Part shown: piece by piece, positions 63,563 through 64,000 of the stretch
Layout of the letters: every line of letters begins with the position of its first letter
How positions within the stretch are numbered: position 1 is the first letter of the stretch
From: an uncultured Nitrososphaeraceae archaeon
GTDB lineage: Archaea > Thermoproteota > Nitrososphaeria > Nitrososphaerales > Nitrososphaeraceae
Reading direction: 5' to 3'
Assembly (NCBI GenBank): GCA_963729045.1
Contig: CAVSMN010000013.1
Coordinates: 43,642 to 107,641, forward strand
DNA length: 64,000 nt
Notes under the pieces: model-generated
Seen by the model: the letters and a program-made list of their open reading frames with translations, nothing else
Databases searched by the model: none
Told to the model about the DNA's origin: nothing
Translations under genes and position numbers: made by a program

Positions 63563-63600
63563 GCGGGTTCAAATAGAGCGATTCATCCCTGATCCCGAGC
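63563..63600. repeat. Partial tRNA-derived site
   Basis: gcgggttcaaat (63563-63574); gatcccgagc (63591-63600) is the reverse complement of tRNA 48102-48111. Confidence 0.55.
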
Positions 63601-63634
63601 AATGATCACCATTTGACACTATTGAACTAGTCCT

Positions 63635-64000
63635 CTAATTGCTATTCACAACTTCAAGACTCTTGACTTCGTTCCAATATTTTTCAAATAGAATCTCTTG
63701 AATCATTACATTATGCTCTTCATTTGAAAATGAGGCAACTATTTCATTTTGTTGGTCATATTTTATTTGTAACACATATCTATTATCACTTAACATTATG
63801 AATTCATTAAATTCGCCTAACTTGTTACTATATCCAAATTGCATTGGATTATCTTTGTTTGTTTCATTTATTTGAGCAATATGACTCATTAAATGTTCGT
63901 CAATATCGTCGGTTAGAATTTTAATTGTTATACCCCTTCTTAGTAATGAGTCGAAATTATTTACAAAGTTGTTCTTGTTAAGAATAGTATAAATTATCAG
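63635..64000 (-). CDS. Partial gene running off the window end; domain resembles the N-terminal sensor region of the kinase at 4861
   Basis: IKILT...D...LFEKYW pattern compared with IKILT...IFEQLW. Confidence 0.55.
   Translation of the reverse strand: MIIYTILNKNNFVNNFDSLLRRGITIKILTDDIDEHLMSHIAQINETNKDNPMQFGYSNKLGEFNEFIMLSDNRYVLQIKYDQQNEIVASFSNEEHNVMIQEILFEKYWNEVKSLEVVNSN

Larger units (their letters stand above)
48106..63600. mobile_element. Putative tRNA-Gly-anchored tandem cassette array / integration hotspot (no integrase in window)
   Basis: Six exact 25-31 nt copies of the tRNA 3' end plus degenerate sites separate 1.2-3.6 kb accessory modules. Confidence 0.7.

Overview
AT-rich archaeal chromosome segment. 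Gene content (TFE, rps19e/rpl44e/rps27e, rnp4, trm56, GCH III, purP, thermosome, NAC, many secreted low-complexity proteins) points to an ammonia-oxidising Nitrososphaeraceae, probably Ca. Nitrosocosmicus-like (inference). About 1-19 kb is accessory, signalling and secreted genes, including a DUF72-DinB fusion and an Asp-less receiver next to a histidine kinase. About 20-48 kb is core housekeeping: riboflavin operon, late cobalamin genes, ribosomal and tRNA-processing genes. The most striking structure starts at tRNA-Gly(CCC) (48062-48136). Its 3' 25-31 nt recur as six exact direct copies, plus degenerate or partial copies, over the next 15.5 kb. The copies sit in composite sites with inverted T-arm copies and separate 1.2-3.6 kb modules of small cargo genes (secreted alpha/beta hydrolases, surface proteins, aquaporin, LLM oxidoreductase). 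This looks like a tRNA-anchored gene-cassette array, but no integrase is visible in the window. Many single-base frameshifts, including one in the thermosome gene, suggest indel errors in the sequence, so pseudogene calls are tentative. All calls come from reading the sequence and motifs; no database searches were run.
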